Source of the DNA: the human T2T-CHM13v2.0 reference genome, Homo sapiens
Length of the DNA stretch: 64,000 nucleotides
Assembly (NCBI RefSeq): GCF_009914755.1
Contig: NC_060934.1
Direction: 5' to 3' (one strand)
The notes beneath the pieces were generated by a model. That model had not been told where the DNA came from. It searched no databases and saw only the letters and a program-made list of their open reading frames with translations. The translations under genes and the position numbers were made by a program. Positions 19,273-39,412 of the stretch are shown here, one piece after another. How positions within the stretch are numbered: position 1 is the first letter of the stretch; every line of letters starts with the position of its first letter.

Positions 19273-20091
19273 AGCAGGCTGGAAAATGGGGAGGAGGACC
19301 TGATCAGAACTAAAGACCAGGGAGTGAGTCGTCTACACAAAAATAACAATAGGGAGGCTCAAGAGTCTATAATGTTTTTGTAGGGAAAAGTAAAATGAGA
19401 AAGAACATAGTGGAGGACTGAGCTTTGGGGAAGAGCCAAAGCTGGGCAAAGGGAACAGATGAACTTGTTAAAGGAGAAAAGCATGTAGACAAGGAATAAG
19501 AGATCTAGGATAGTATCACATGGGCCTCGAGAAGAGTTCTAGGAATGAGGCAGTGTAAATAGTGTAAAGCTGTAAAGAGGTCAAGGAGAATGAAGACTGA
19601 GCAAAAGTTGAACTTGGTAACAGCTGAACTTGGCAATTAGATCATTAGAGACCTTCAAGACCTTCAATAGGACAGAAATCATACTACTATTTGCATGCAT
19701 TATTTTCCATCTCAAATGTTTTTTGTGTTTGAATAAAAGTCAAGAGAGATAATAGAAAAGTAGCTTTCTGTTGAGGTCTTTTCATCATAAAACTAGCAGT
19801 AACCTCAGTATTTAACACTTTTACCCTCGGAGATATGTGTAACCATTTTTCCCCAGTGGTGTGAGCCTTTGATATAGTCACTCCTTAGCAAGCACTACAT
19901 GAAGCAACTTTTACTAAGCAATCAAAGATAGCTGATACTTATTTTTACTCTCAGTTTACCTCTCTGAAGGAGAATAAGCTAATAAAATATTATATGGGCT
20001 GATAAATTTCAGATTATTATATACAAGGCTGGGATACTCCCAGACGCAGGCTACTTCCTGGCAACTAATTTCCAGGTAAGGGATTGCATGA

Positions 20092-20394
<303 letters not shown>

Positions 20395-21073
20395 TAGATC
20401 ACAACCAAATACTGATTTAAACCTTATACCCAAGGGAGAGGCTCCAATTCCCCCACCTTTCTTCTCCCCTTACTATCTATGTTGTTCCAAGTTCCTTTGG
20501 TTCAGACCAACTGTAGAATCTATCCAGGAAGAAATCCTTCTGGCAAAATTGTCCCTCTCCATGATAATTATGTCTGAGCATCAGTGGCTTTAAAAAGCAT
20601 TTGAGGCAAGGAAGATAGAGGAGGTCAGGGAAGTTTCCTCCCTGGTCTTTATTTTTAAAATATATTCTTTCCATTCACCATCATATTTTTATTTTGCCAC
20701 ACTTGGAAAAAGATGCTATTTGGAAACAAAAGAGGATTAAAATATTGTACAATGGAAATGGTACAGATGCAGTCCATCAAGAATCTTTCTTCCTTTCCAC
20801 CTTCCATCTTTATTTTAATTCCTTCCTAGGAAGAGATTTTGTTCTCTTTCCTTTGCCCATTTTGCCTTAACTTCCAAGTTATAAATTAAGGTTATAATTA
20901 TTACCACATTGGCTTGAATAATATTAGCATTTATTTTTCATGAACATAGCTGACCCTAAATAACCTTAGAGCCCCAAAATAACACTTTTAGGTAAGTCCA
21001 GTAAATAAGAAACTAAAGTCAGAATTTTTTAGCAAGTACTTGAGGGAAACTTTAGGAAAGTTTCATGTTGTAG

Positions 21074-21292
<219 letters not shown>

Positions 21293-21600
21293 TAATTTTC
21301 CATTCCTGTGTTGCTTTTTCTGAGCTTTCTTTGGCTTTTCTGACAGTTCTTAGCTTTTAGCACAGGACAGAATAAGAAGGTATGGATGGAAAAACATTTA
21401 CTAGTGAACAGTGAAGGGAATTTGAACTATGTTGTTTTAGGGAAAAGCTTTAGAGAATAGCGTAATTGAAGAGACTAATAAATGAGTTGGTCTTATCAGT
21501 TAACTTGTCTATGTTTTGAAGGGAATCGTGATTTTTTTTTTTTTACCACCCTATACACTCAGAAATTTGTGTAAAAAAATTGTGTAAAAAAAACACACAC

Positions 21601-22056
<456 letters not shown>

Positions 22057-22194
22057 CTACCTTGGTTCTGGGTGCTTGCTGCAATGTTAGCAAATAGAAG
22101 TTTTCTAGCCAATTCTATACATGCCAGACTTGTTCAGACCTCCGATGAAGAGCTTAAGTTTCTCCTTTTCTTGGAAACTGTACTTCTTGCCAAG

Positions 22195-22381
22195 TACCAA
22201 GTTTTGTTGCACCTGTTTTATAAATAAAGTTTTATGGGAACAAAGCTATACCTGTTAACTTACAGATTGTTTATGGCTGCTTTTGTACTGCAGCTGCAGA
22301 TTTGAGTAATTGCAGCAGAGGCCCACAAAGTCCAAAATATTTGCTATCTGACCTTTTACAAAAAGGTTTGCTACCCCCTGG
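22195..22381. mobile_element. MER58A-like hAT fossil
   Basis: taaataaagttttatgggaac...aaaatatttgctatctgacc...aggtttgctacccctg. Confidence 0.7.
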
Positions 22382-22425
22382 TTTAGCTTGTGAAACACAA
22401 ACTTTGATACGTATATACCAGTTAA

Positions 22426-22608
<183 letters not shown>

Positions 22609-23073
22609 TGAAAGTCCAAAACTGACAGGACGCTGGAAGATGTATTATTTTTGTGGCTTTCTCAACAGGATGCTTTACTATCTGCTTTTCAAAATCATAT
22701 TTGATACAATAATCTGCATACCCAGAAAGCAAAAGGCCTTTGGGACCAAATGCTACCATTCTAGGAAACAACTGGAGAAATAACATTTGGATTCTAAAAC
22801 TAACCAGTTTGAAAATTGGGTCATTGAGTTTTTTGGAGCAAAGCTTCTTTCATAATATTTGACACAGCATATAAGTTGAGTTGTATTCCCTAAGTCCTTT
22901 TTGTGTGTGTGTGGAAGAAACAAAATGGGAAGTGAATAAAGTGGGAAGTGGGCTGCAATGGTGAAACACAGTGAATAGGCCAGTGTTTTCCTGAGCTGAC
23001 CAAACAATCAGGTTCCTATGAAAATGTATTTAGTAACCAAATGTGTTATCTTGGTATGGGCCAAACCAAATAG

Positions 23074-23265
<192 letters not shown>

Positions 23266-23328
23266 TGATGAAAACAGTGTGAGCTATGCCAGTTATTTCA
23301 AGTGATTGCTGTGGGCATTCTATTTTAG

Positions 23329-23451
<123 letters not shown>

Positions 23452-23927
23452 TAATTGCTTTGTTATTTGCTCGTTTAGTTGGATTTTGTGTACTTATTTG
23501 CAAATACATATTAGTTAGTGGCTTTTTGTCTTTTAAGAGAAGTTCTGCTCTACTTATGTAGGCAGGGTTTTCAACTCAGTTATCTCTTGAATTGAAAATA
23601 GGAGTAAAGGAAATTAAAATTTTCTCACACACAATCTAAGGGCCTCATAAACATCATTTTCCCTACAATCCTGCTTTTTAAGTTAGTACAATTGCATATT
23701 TCTGTTTTCACCCTGTAGTGGTGGTACTAATTAAGGAAGAAAAACAGCTGCAAATCAAGAATCAAATGTGTTGTGGTCACTTTTGTAAAAAGTTTGACTA
23801 GGTCCAGAAGTTATATGAAATTGCAGTTTTCAACAATTCCACAGCCTCATTATGATGAGAGGTTGGATATTTATTAATCATTTTTTTCATCAGAGATGTT
23901 GAATGTATTTAAAGGCCCTAATTTTCT

Positions 23928-25369
<1,442 letters not shown>

Positions 25370-25966
25370 GCAAATTCTCATGAAGCAAATGGTAATAATC
25401 TTAATTTATTGGAAGGGCCACAAGAAAGGGGGAAAAGAACAACTAAAAAAAAACTTTTTCTACCAACATTAACTTGTCCTAACAATCAACTTATTTTTGC
25501 TTTAATGGTTCCTCCTCTTCTCAAATGGGGCTATGAAAAGCTTAATTAAATTAAGATAATGAGCTGATGGCTTCTGCCTAAATATCTTTAAATTCAAAGT
25601 ACAGTGTTTTTGTATTTCCTTAAAATTATAGCTTTTAGCAAAAGTATTAACTGGATAACCCTGGGAAAACTTCAAGAAAAGAAATTTAAAATTTGGCAGC
25701 AGAATTCCGTGGCTTAAAATATGTTAAGAGGTATGGCTCTAATGTGTTTTCCATCAGGGAGGATCAGAGTCTTGGAAGGTTTCTTTTTCAGATAGGTGGA
25801 AAAGATACTTCAGCTGTCTGCTGGCACAAGAGTGTCATCTTGTCTTTGTTGTTAGTAGCCTGAGCAAGTATTATAGATATTTGCCAAATTGAAATTGTGC
25901 CTTTTTGAAAGTAAAATACTCATTACAGTCTTTATAGTTTTGTGTCTCTGTATATTTTACCATTGA

Positions 25967-26290
<324 letters not shown>

Positions 26291-26334
26291 TAACCACACC
26301 TTTGAGAATTAAACAGAACTTACAAATGTCGTGT

Positions 26335-27490
26335 TTTTTTTTTAAGATTACAATATATTGTTATTAACTGTAGTCACCATAGTACAATATATCTCTTGAA
26401 CTTTTTCCTCCTAACTGAAATTTTGTATCCTTTGATCAACATCTCCCCACCCCCACCTCCTTGTAACCACTATTCTACTCTACTTTTATGAGTTCAACTT
26501 TTTTTTTTTTCTTGGAGGCAGGATCTTGCTTGGAGTGCCGTGACACAATCAGGGCTCACTTGCAGTCTCAACCTGCTGGGCTCAAACCATTCTTCCACCT
26601 CAGCCTCCTGTGTATCTGGGACATAACGTGTGTGCCACCGTGCCTGGCTAATTTATTTTTTTTTTTTTACTTTTTGTAGAGATAGGGTTTCTCCATGTTG
26701 CCCAGGCTGGTCTTGAATTCCTGGGCTCAAGCAGTCCTCCCACCTCAGCCTCCCAAAGTGCTGGGATTACTGGCGTGAGCTGCCATGCCCAACAAGTTCA
26801 ACTTTTTAAGACTCTGTATATAAGTGAGATCATGGGGTATTTGTCTTTCTGTGCCTGGTTTATTTTATTTAATACAATGTCCTCTAGGTTCATCCATGTT
26901 GTCACATTTGACAGAATTTCTTTTTTAAAGCTGAATAGTATTCCATTATGTTGTATATACCACATTTATATCCCATCCATCAATGGACACTTAGGATGAT
27001 TCCATATCTTGGCTATTGTGAATAATGGTGTACCTAACATGAGAGTACAGATACCTCTTTGACATACTGAGTACATTCCCTTTGGATATATATCTGGTAG
27101 TGAGACTGTTGGGTGATATGGTAGTTTTATTTTTAATTGTATGAGGAACCTCCATACTGTTTTCCACAATGGCTATACTAATTTACATTGCTACCAACAG
27201 TGTGCAAAGGGTCCCTTTCTCCCTACATTCTAACACTTGTTGTCTTTCATCTTTTTTATAATAGCGATTCTAACAGGACATGCCATCTCGTGCTTTAATT
27301 TGCATTTTCTTGATTAGTGATGTTTTAATACACTTGTTGACCATTTGTATGTCTTCTTTTGAGAAATGTTTATTCAGATCCTTTGCCTATTTTTTAATTG
27401 GGTTCTTCTCTTGTTATTTTTTGAGTCCCCTATATATTTTGGATAGTAACCCCTTAAAAGATGTATGGTTTGGCAAATGTTATTTTAGAT
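26335..27490 (-). mobile_element. L1MA/MB 3' fragment with nested antisense AluJ (26499-26793)
   Basis: ORF2 C-terminal-like minus ORF 26966-27169; Alu TSD agttcaactttt. Confidence 0.8.
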
Positions 27491-27879
27491 TTTACCCTCT
27501 TCTGTGAAGGCTCAGAAGGCTGACTGCCTTCAGACCCAGGAACAGAGACTTAAATGAGCACTGAGATTTGCTTCCCCAGAACAGTTTTATAGATAGAAAA
27601 GCACTTCTGGTCAGCAACTTAGAACTGTTCGTTTGTCGGGAACAGTTGTGTGAGTGGAAATTGCAATATCAGCTGTTATCAGCTCTAACTAGGTCTTGAA
27701 ATTTGCATAATTTCAGCTCCAGTGTTACATGAAAGTTATGTGGTGTTTGGAAGGATGCCTTTTTCTTTGTTTTTTAGCAAAGGAGTCTTTTAAATCATTT
27801 GTATACAAAAGGAATTAGGATCCAAATGCTGTTATTGATACAGGTTTGATGCTTCAAATGTGGCTTTTCCCTCCCTTAG

Positions 27880-28155
<276 letters not shown>

Positions 28156-28239
28156 TAGTTTGCCTTTACTAAATATTTTGCCTAGTTACTCAAGAATTGA
28201 ATGTTCTATATTGAAAATATTTGGAAAGTAAAATAATAT

Positions 28240-28470
28240 TAAAAATATTACTGTCACTTATCTGGCTTTAACTTTGTGCAAGACACTCTTCTAAGTGCCA
28301 TACACGAATTTTCTCATTTAACTCTCCTAATATGAATGATGCTGTTTTTCTATTTTATAGATGAGAAAACCAAGGCAAGAAGGGTTAATTAATCATGTTT
28401 TAATGGTAAACTCGGGATTTGCATGAAGACAGTCTGACTCTTGAGCCCAGTTCTTGTCCACTACATGATA
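28240..28470 (-). mobile_element. MIR
   Basis: tattttatagatgagaaaaccaaggc core. Confidence 0.6.
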
Positions 28471-28701
28471 CTGCTTTGTAGTTTCTATTAAACTACACCA
28501 GTAGTTTAATTCACCAGTGAATTAAAACTGTAAAAGTTATCAACTCCTAATTGTACCAAAGCTGCATGAATCACTGCACATAGCTACCCTTAGGCAAGAT
28601 CTTGTAGGTAGAGAAATGGGTTATTTTATCTTTTTCAGAATTTTGCATTAGATTTGGTTTGGTTTGGTTTTGGAGTGCATACCACCAAACATTCTCTAGG
28701 T

Positions 28702-28900
28702 CAGTCTTGTCCAGTCCATGGCCCAGGATGGCTTTGGATGCAGCTCAACACAAATTTGTAAACTTTATTAAAACATTATGAGAATTTTTTGTGATTTTGT
28801 TAAACTAATCAGCTATCGTTAGTGTTGGTGTATTTTATATGTGGCCCAAGACAGTTCTTCCAATGTGGCCCAGGGAAGTCAAAAGATTGGACACCACAGT
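28702..28900. mobile_element. MER30 hAT fossil
   Basis: caacacaaatttgtaaacttt...tgtggcccagggaag...attggacacc; degenerate 8-bp TSD ctctaggt/ttctagat. Confidence 0.75.
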
Positions 28901-29688
28901 TCTAGATATTCAGAATTAGTTCATCTTATATAAACTAATGGCATTCAATATGAAAATACCTAGGCATCAAAATGTCTTTTCTGTAGTCTATAAGATTTCT
29001 TGCCTCCCAGTAAAAGAACATAATTAAACTCATTGGTTTCTCAGAATTCATTTTGTTTACAGAGATTGATGGTCAGCCATCATTAATCTTGATCGAGATT
29101 CGCTTTCTTTAAGGATTATAATATGGGGTAAATGAGAAGAATTATGTAAGCTCCTTCCAACCCCGTGGTTCTATTTTGCTATTATATACCAGATTATCCC
29201 CATTATAAAATGCCGATTAGGGCTTGGCCTTTTCTGTCAGCCAAAAATAAAAAGTGAAGTCTGATAAACTAAAATCTTAAGATATTTCTTAAGTTTTTTT
29301 TTTTTTTGATTACTCCTTTGCCATCTTCATCTGACTGCTGTCTTCAGTGCAGAAGACAAAACACTGAATGTGAGTGAATGTGAGATCATGCTCTCTGTGC
29401 TTGAAGTAGTTTCAGCATCATATTTTCACTTGACACAAGGAGAAAGTTTAATTAGCAGTATAATTGAATATTTATGTGAATCGTAATGGCATTTATTTTT
29501 TAAGTAAATGTTGATTTTGAGCCTTTTCTAACTAGTATGAGATGAAACTAATTCACCACTAAGATACTGCTTAGTGAAATTATTTAAACATTGGCAATGC
29601 CCCTCTTGAGACTATAAGCAGTTATCTAACAATCTACTAATATTTTCTTAACACAAAGCTTCATTTTAGAAAATTTTTGATTCTTTAG

Positions 29689-29826
<138 letters not shown>

Positions 29827-30210
29827 TAGCCAGGGGAGACATTTTAATTGCTTTATGTTTAAATCACCAGTGGTTGAATCTGGTTAATGCCAAACTTAGA
29901 AGTTTGAATACAGAAGAATTTGGAATTTAATTCAGTATAATTTTAGCTTATATTGAATGCCTCCAGCTCTGTGCTAGTAATTGGTGAACAGGCTACATGG
30001 GGAAGATGTATTGAACATTTTTCTGCGTTAGAGAACCCTGCTATTAGGGGGAAAATGCAGTTCTCTAACAACCTAAGACGAAAGGAAATAACTTGCCATA
30101 AAGAGCAGAGGAGACTAATATGAGTTGTTAGGATGGTAAAAGAGGTCTTTATGGAGGTGGGAATTGAAGAGACTCTCACTCTGGAAATGTCAAGTAGTAA
30201 GCTTTTATGA

Positions 30211-30375
<165 letters not shown>

Positions 30376-30589
30376 TGAAGTAGTATGATCTTTGTTTTTT
30401 ATTTACCACATTAATTTCATTGATTTTTAAATATGAATATTTATTTTTACTAAGGTTAATATAAGCACAAGTTAAAAAGTCAACTCACAAGATTTAAAAT
30501 GTCACCCACAATTCCCAGTTTCCAGGTGCAGCAACTTTCTGTTCTTTTCATTGCTTCTAATGTTTACTTTGGTGTTTCTGGTTAGTTAG

Positions 30590-30708
30590 TTGAGATGAGG
30601 TCTCACTCTGTTGCCCAGGATAGTCGTGAACACCTGATCTCAGGTGATCCTCCAGCCTTGACCTCCTGAAGTATTGGGATTACAGGTATAAACCACTGCT
30701 CCTCGTCC
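30590..30708 (-). mobile_element. FLAM
   Basis: single left monomer. Confidence 0.75.
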
Positions 30709-31199
30709 TCCTTTGATGTTTCTAAAGAGCATCTTCTGCTTTTTCTTGGTCTATCAGTTTTAGACCTTGACTATTTTTCATCAAATCTGTGTTATCCGTT
30801 ATAAGAAGTACCATTGTTTTATATGTCACTAAAAGAGAAAAAACACTGCCAATTATAATTGTTCCCAATTTCAGAGATGGAAAAAGTTCATCTTAGAATT
30901 AATGAAATATTTTTGAAAGATGGGGATTTAGCCTGTTTATACAGTGCTTCCCTTTTTCCCTCTCCCCATTCTCCCAGTAAGGATACATCACAGTTTTTGT
31001 TTTTTGTTTTTTGTTTTTTTCTGTTAGATCAGCTTTCGTTATTTATATTACTACATGTTTGCTGCTAAGCCAGGTAGTATTTCCTTTCTTACATAAGTCA
31101 CCCCTCCCTACTCTCACCTTGCCTTTTTTTCATTGGCTTATTATTTGGGGTACATTGGCTTAGTTCTTCCCGAACTTTTTAAAAGAATTATAAAGTCCC

Positions 31200-31565
<366 letters not shown>

Positions 31566-32261
31566 TCATTCTGATCCAAATCTAAATTGGTTGCTCTCAG
31601 GCCAGCTGCACAGGTTCATCTGGAGGATTCCTGTGCTGCTGATCTATATTGTATTCCGTTTCCTGTATCTTGTGTCTTCTGCTTTCTTGATTTCCTCCTT
31701 TACTGTAGAACGCACCCTCTAATAGCTTTCCGAGAAAAGGATACATAGGTGGTAACAGTCTGAAATGCCTTTATTCTATCTTCAAATGTGCATATAATGG
31801 ATATAGAATAGTTTAGAAATAATTTTCCCCTGAAATAAGAAAAGCATCATTCTGTTCCCTATTTTATTGTTGAAGTAGGAAGGCATTGGAATTCCTGAAC
31901 CTTTGTTTAGGATTTTTTTTTTTTTTTTTTTTTTGCTTTTAGACCCTTTCTGCATCCCTGCTGTTCTGAAATTTTATGATTGTGTGCTGATCTCTTTTTA
32001 GTCTTTTTTCTAAGTAATTAGTAACCCTTTTCAATCTCCAGAGTCATATCCTTCAGTTCTGGAAGTTTTTTAAAAGTGTTTCTTCAAGAGTGTTTTCTTC
32101 CCATTTCTTTTTCTGTCAGTATATTATGTTAGTTTGGATGTTGGGCCTCTTTGAGCCTCTGATTTTTTTCTTTTCTCTCCTACTTGCCATCTCTTTATCT
32201 TTGTATCCTACTTTCTGGGAGAATGTTTTCTAACCCTTTTAATTTTTTATTTTGATGTTAA

Positions 32262-32579
<318 letters not shown>

Positions 32580-32991
32580 AACTTTTTTATTTTTAATAAG
32601 AGTTCTTATTCCCTGAATGTTCCTTTTTAATAACATCCTGATCTTTACACTTTCTCTTATTGCTCTAAGGGTATCAATTTTAAATTTTCTTCATTTGCCT
32701 TTGTTGTCTTTGTCTATTCTGAGTTGTTCCGTATGTCTGTTTATATGGAAGAATGAGACATTAAAGCATATCAGAAGCTCTGGGTATACACAGAGCTCGG
32801 GGATTGGTGGGCTTCACTGTAGGGTGATTGGATGTGGACCAGGTTGTTTCTCTGGGGAATCCCCAAACATTATTCTCTGTAATTCTTTTATCTGGGACTA
32901 TTTAGTTTATCTGGAAAAGAACTCCAGTCTCCTGCCAGTTTCCAACCATCATTCTAGGAGCCTGCAACTGTATTTTGTGTCCCCTAGTTAG

Positions 32992-33333
<342 letters not shown>

Positions 33334-34180
33334 TGATCTTCTGCAGAGATGAGAGAGAGGGAAATGCTTGGCTCTGTGGAATAGGGAAGGGAACCTGGGA
33401 ATCTGTTTCCTATTCAGACTTTGAACATGTTCCTCTATTTTCACCTTTTCCTTACCACCACCTTCTATGGTACCTATTGCCTCTAGTTTATGGGCCTTAC
33501 CAGACCTCTTCAGGGCAAATAAGCATGCTTCTCATTTGCATCCTTTTTTTCAGGACTGAGGCTTCAACTTTCTCAGCTCTGCTACCTGCTGTTCCACTTG
33601 CATTCCAGCTTCCAAAAATATGTTAACATTTCTCATCCTTTGTTGTTTCATCTCACATTCTTTTGTCCTTAAGGGTGTTTTGTTTTGTTTTTTTCTATTC
33701 CTTTACTATCATTTTAGTGGGGTTTTGGGAGGGATGAAAAATAAATACATGGGTTCCATATGCCAACTGCAACTGAAATTCTCATTATTTCCTTTCCTGG
33801 AGAAAACAGCTACAAGCTTATTTTCGTAACAGATTTAAAGAACTACTTTTGGTACAGTTTCATTTCTGTAAGCCTTTTTTACAGTGGTCTTTAAAATGGA
33901 GCAATTCTTGTTTTTTTCAAGTTTTTTTTATGTGAAACTTATTAGAACTTGGCATAATGGTTTTTAAAAATTATTAAGATTTACTTATACAGGCTTATTG
34001 AGGAAATATCACTGGCAATTTTAGTCCATTGGATTAGTAGTTTAAGGGCATCAATCTTACAAGAGCATTTTAAACAAAGCATGTTACCTTGCATTTCTTA
34101 GGATTGTTGTGAAATAAGGCTTCACAAACATCATATTTGCATTTATGTGTATATAGATGGATGGATGGATAGATATATAA

Positions 34181-34351
<171 letters not shown>

Positions 34352-34436
34352 TAGTTAATCTTTACATTCAACCTAGGGTAAGCCACACTGATAACAATAA
34401 AGTACCTCACGTTGGATGATAGAAAGCAGTCAGTGT

Positions 34437-34759
<323 letters not shown>

Positions 34760-35759
34760 CTACTATTTTATAGTAAAATCTTCTAGAAAGTGAGATTCCC
34801 AGATGAGTAAAGAATTACTAGCCAAAGTAGATGTAGATAAATTAATGGATTTAAACATTTCATAATTATGTGGCTTTTTAACTCTCTTAATTTTAAATAA
34901 TTACAGATTCATAAGTATGTAGTTTTGATGCTTTGTAAAATCTCTATTTCTGGTTATCTCAAGGTGCCAACATTGTCACTTCAAAATTTAAAACTAACTG
35001 CTAAAATTTTGATGTGACTTTCCTTAAGCACACGGACACTCTAGTAGGTTGAGTTTTCTGGCTTTGGAACCCTTAGTAAGTAGATTGTTAGGATTATATT
35101 TAAGACTTGTTAATGAAAACATCTTAAACAATTGACTACTAGCTCCCTTTTTCTCTGGAATAAGAGATTCTTCCTAGCAGGAGTTCTCTATCTTGAGTCT
35201 TTGGATAAGCTTCAGGCAGTCCATGAGCCACCTGAAAAATACATGCTTTATTGTTTAAGGTACACATTTAGGGAGGGAAGGGTTCAGGGTCAGGAACAAG
35301 CCTGTCACCCAAAAAGAGGGTAAGGAGCCTCTGCTTTAGAGCATCCACAACATACAGTTGAAATTTTCATGCAAAGCAAAATAAGCCAATAGTTAATGAA
35401 TTTTTGTCCATGTTAGATATCATTTAGGAAGAACTAATGACATCTTGATCATCCAAGGAACAGTTTTTTGTGCCTTTGTCACAAAAGGGAGTTGTCCTGA
35501 TTCATTAATGTAATTATACTAAATTTTCTAAATGGTGTTATTGAATTTGTTTATTCTAACATAAAGTTGGGAGCTTTCTCTGTTTTTCATATTTTGTAAA
35601 ATATCCCTCTTTAATCTCTTGTTTTTTGAAAGCCTAAAGATGCCAGGTAACAAATGTTGCACTCTAGAACCGTCACCTTTTTTATATAACTTTATAGTAG
35701 TTTCTTCCACATTTATTATGACCTTATGAATTAGCTCAGTAACATTGCTCTGACAGGTA

Positions 35760-36295
<536 letters not shown>

Positions 36296-36508
36296 TGAGT
36301 TAGTCTTGAGTCTGTCCCTCTGTGTTTTGTTTTCACGTGAGGAAGTTGAATACCTCATCACAGTAAGTTTTCCATATTTTACTTATATCTCCCAATAATT
36401 ACATATTTTATATCATTAAAAATGGGGCGCTACTTTTGTTCAGCATTTATATTGATTTACCTTAATCTGAATTTTGGCAACCCGCAGTTCTTAAGAATTT
36501 GTGGAATT

Positions 36509-36809
36509 GGCTGGGCGCGGTGGCTCACACCTGTAATCCCAGCACTTTGGGAGGCTGAGGCAGGTGGATCACGAGGTCAGGAGATCAAGACCATCCTGGC
36601 TAACACGGTGAAACCCTGTCTCTACTAAAAATACAAAAAATTAGCTGGGTGTGGTGGCGGGCGCCTGTAGTCCCAGCTACTCGGGAGGCTGAGGCAGGAG
36701 AATGGCATGAACACGGGAGGTGGAGCTGGCAGTGAGCCAAGACTGCCACTGCACTCCGGCCTGGGCGACAGAGTGAGACTCCGCCTCAAAAAAAAAAAAA
36801 AAAAAAAAA
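36509..36809 (+). mobile_element. AluY
   Basis: ctaacacggtg, gaatggc diagnostics; 16-bp TSD AAGAATTTGTGGAATT. Confidence 0.92.
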
Positions 36810-37148
36810 GAATTTGTGGAATTAAACATCTCCCAATCAGCAGCATGAAATCTTTTTCAGTATTGATTGCCAAATGATCCCAAAACTAGAGAAAAATATG
36901 TTGTCTTCCTCATTTATACTTAATTGATTTACAATGAAACTGTTATTTCATCAAACTGGGATTATCTAGCTTTTGCTCTTTGGTTTAACAACTTTGTTCC
37001 TTTCCCCTTTATATCATTAAAGAAAATTAGCTTCTTGCTAATAGATCACAGTTTATTAAAATAATGATCTGTCTTCATTGGAATCAAAGTAATGCCTTAT
37101 TACATTGCTAAAACATTTCAGTTTTGTAAAGTAGAGCAAAAATGTTAA

Positions 37149-37481
<333 letters not shown>

Positions 37482-37590
37482 ATAAAGTCTTTTTATAATT
37501 ATTATTATAACAATGTGACATTGCACATCTAAATACCACATTTAAGTTGATCATTAATATGCAATGGTAGATCAGATTGGGGGATGTAGC

Positions 37591-37650
37591 AAACTGGACT
37601 TTAAGAACTGGAAAGAGGTTTTACAAAAGAAAAACTTTCAGATTCATCTC
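37591..37650 (+). promoter_or_regulatory. miR-145 x2 and miR-143 seed-match cluster
   Basis: AAACTGGAC 37591-37599, AACTGGAA 37606-37613, TCATCTC 37644-37650; Add3 is a reported miR-143/145 target. Confidence 0.75.
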
Positions 37651-38193
37651 TCATTTTATATGTCCAGAAATGGCTTTGAATTTTAAGCAATTACTAGTTT
37701 TAATTAGCTCTGCCCTCATGAAGTATTATTATAATTCACCATAAACAGCTATCTGTCTGAATTACTTCAGGCCTTCTCCATAATATCTGTTAGAAAGAAA
37801 TTGCCAGTGAGCAAGTGAGAATTTTTATTTCTCAATACCTGCTTCACTTGATAATCATATTATAATTTTTTATCATGATTATTGACTATATTTTTGGAGT
37901 CCCATTGTTTCAGTGGGCATTAACAGAATGCTTTAAAAACTTCTAAGACAAGAATCTATAGCATTAGTATACACTGGCACATAATTTTTTAAAAAGTTTT
38001 AAGAAAAGATTCATTTGGAATTTTATTCACAGTATAAAATTTCCTCACCTGAAGTAACTTTGTTTGCCAAAAAAGTTGTTTTAATAAACTATAATTTTTG
38101 AAAACTTCCTTTTTTATTAGTTTAGAAAGCCCCTTATTTTTCAACAAAGGGGATTTTGTACACATAACATGGGTTATTTAGTTTAACTCTGGC

Positions 38194-38210
38194 AAAAAAA
38201 AAAAAAAAAA
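38194..38210 (+). repeat. A17 tract in the 3'UTR
   Basis: homopolymer; can cause oligo-dT internal priming. Confidence 0.9.
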
Positions 38211-38802
38211 TTTTGTATGTTGATGTTTGTATACCGTTCAGTATAAAAGTGTCCTAAGCATATTAGCCAATCTTTTCACAGTAGAGCATACTTAAGGCTG
38301 CTTGGTACTGAGTATACTTAAATATAACTCCAGAATCCAGGGACTTGGTGTTAAAACAGGATTAGAGCATGTAAAGGTACATCTAGATTCATATTTGAAT
38401 CTTAAACTGTATTTTTCTCTTAGTATTGCTAATGAGTAAAGAAAAGTCTCATAAGGTAGCCAAATGAAAAAGAATGAAAGGGAAAGTGAAAAATTAAGGG
38501 GACAAAAGATGGGATGTGAAAAGAAGAATTCTAGTTTGATGGTGACTCATATTCACGATAGGATACAAAGTGTGATTTGTTGGAAACATGTCCCAAATTT
38601 CTAAAATTCTGCTTCTCTGCCAAAAGCAATGTCTTTCTTGGTTGATATTTGAGTTTTAAAAGGGTCAAATCTTTCTAATTTTTTGTATCTTTAGAGGGCA
38701 GCACTAGAAGAAATCAGCAGGTCTAATCCCACCAGTAAGAAAACTACCACTTCTTGATTTTTACAGATTTAAAAAAATCTTTTCAGTGACCTTTCTTTTT
38801 AA

Positions 38803-38810
38803 TGTAAATA
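38803..38810 (+). promoter_or_regulatory. Pumilio response element TGTAAATA
   Basis: exact UGUAHAUA match in the 3'UTR. Confidence 0.5.
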
Positions 38811-39406
38811 CAAATTTAAACCTAGGCTTAATATAGGCGTTTCCCCTTTCACCCAAGTGATGTCACAGTTCGATGCAAAATCAATGATCCAGAATGATCG
38901 TGGGTAAAAATAACTCAAAGTGTTTCTTAAGGGTGAGTTGGCATGCAAAAAATTACATTGATTACAGTGTGTTTTGGAGCTGGCTCTGTTTGTGTGCATA
39001 TGATAATGCAGAGTTGAGCCAGAGCCTGGAAATGTCATTCTAGATCTCACTAACTACTGGAATCAGTGTTTTAATCTCTTGGTGGAAACTTTCAGTTGCT
39101 TAACTCTCTATTGGAAGATTTTTTTAATGTTCTACATCATTTATGTTGTATTACAATGTATGTAGAAATAGTAACCTGTGAACTATGCTTTTCCATAACT
39201 TTTTAAAAATATATATATCTAAATGAATGCAATGTGCATAAATATTTTTTAAACATAACAGTGAACTATTGCACCTTTTGCTAATGCCTCTATTTACTTG
39301 CTTTGGCATAAAGAATGAGCCAATGAACCTCTGTGTCCTGTGGAAAAATGTATAAATGTTATCTGATATTGCTCTTAGATGTAATGCTAATTAATGTTAA
39401 ATCACA

Positions 39407-39412
39407 AATAAA
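39407..39412 (+). terminator. distal poly(A) signal AATAAA (others at 37481, 38083, 39534)
   Basis: AATAAA preceded by TGTA motifs (39349, 39380 region); repeat-rich DNA resumes about 400 nt later. Confidence 0.75.

Noticed and set aside
38194-38210. A17 as a transcript end or retrocopy tail
   Set aside because: Genomic homopolymer with no TSD; the nearest AATAAA is about 105 nt upstream; likely a priming artefact only
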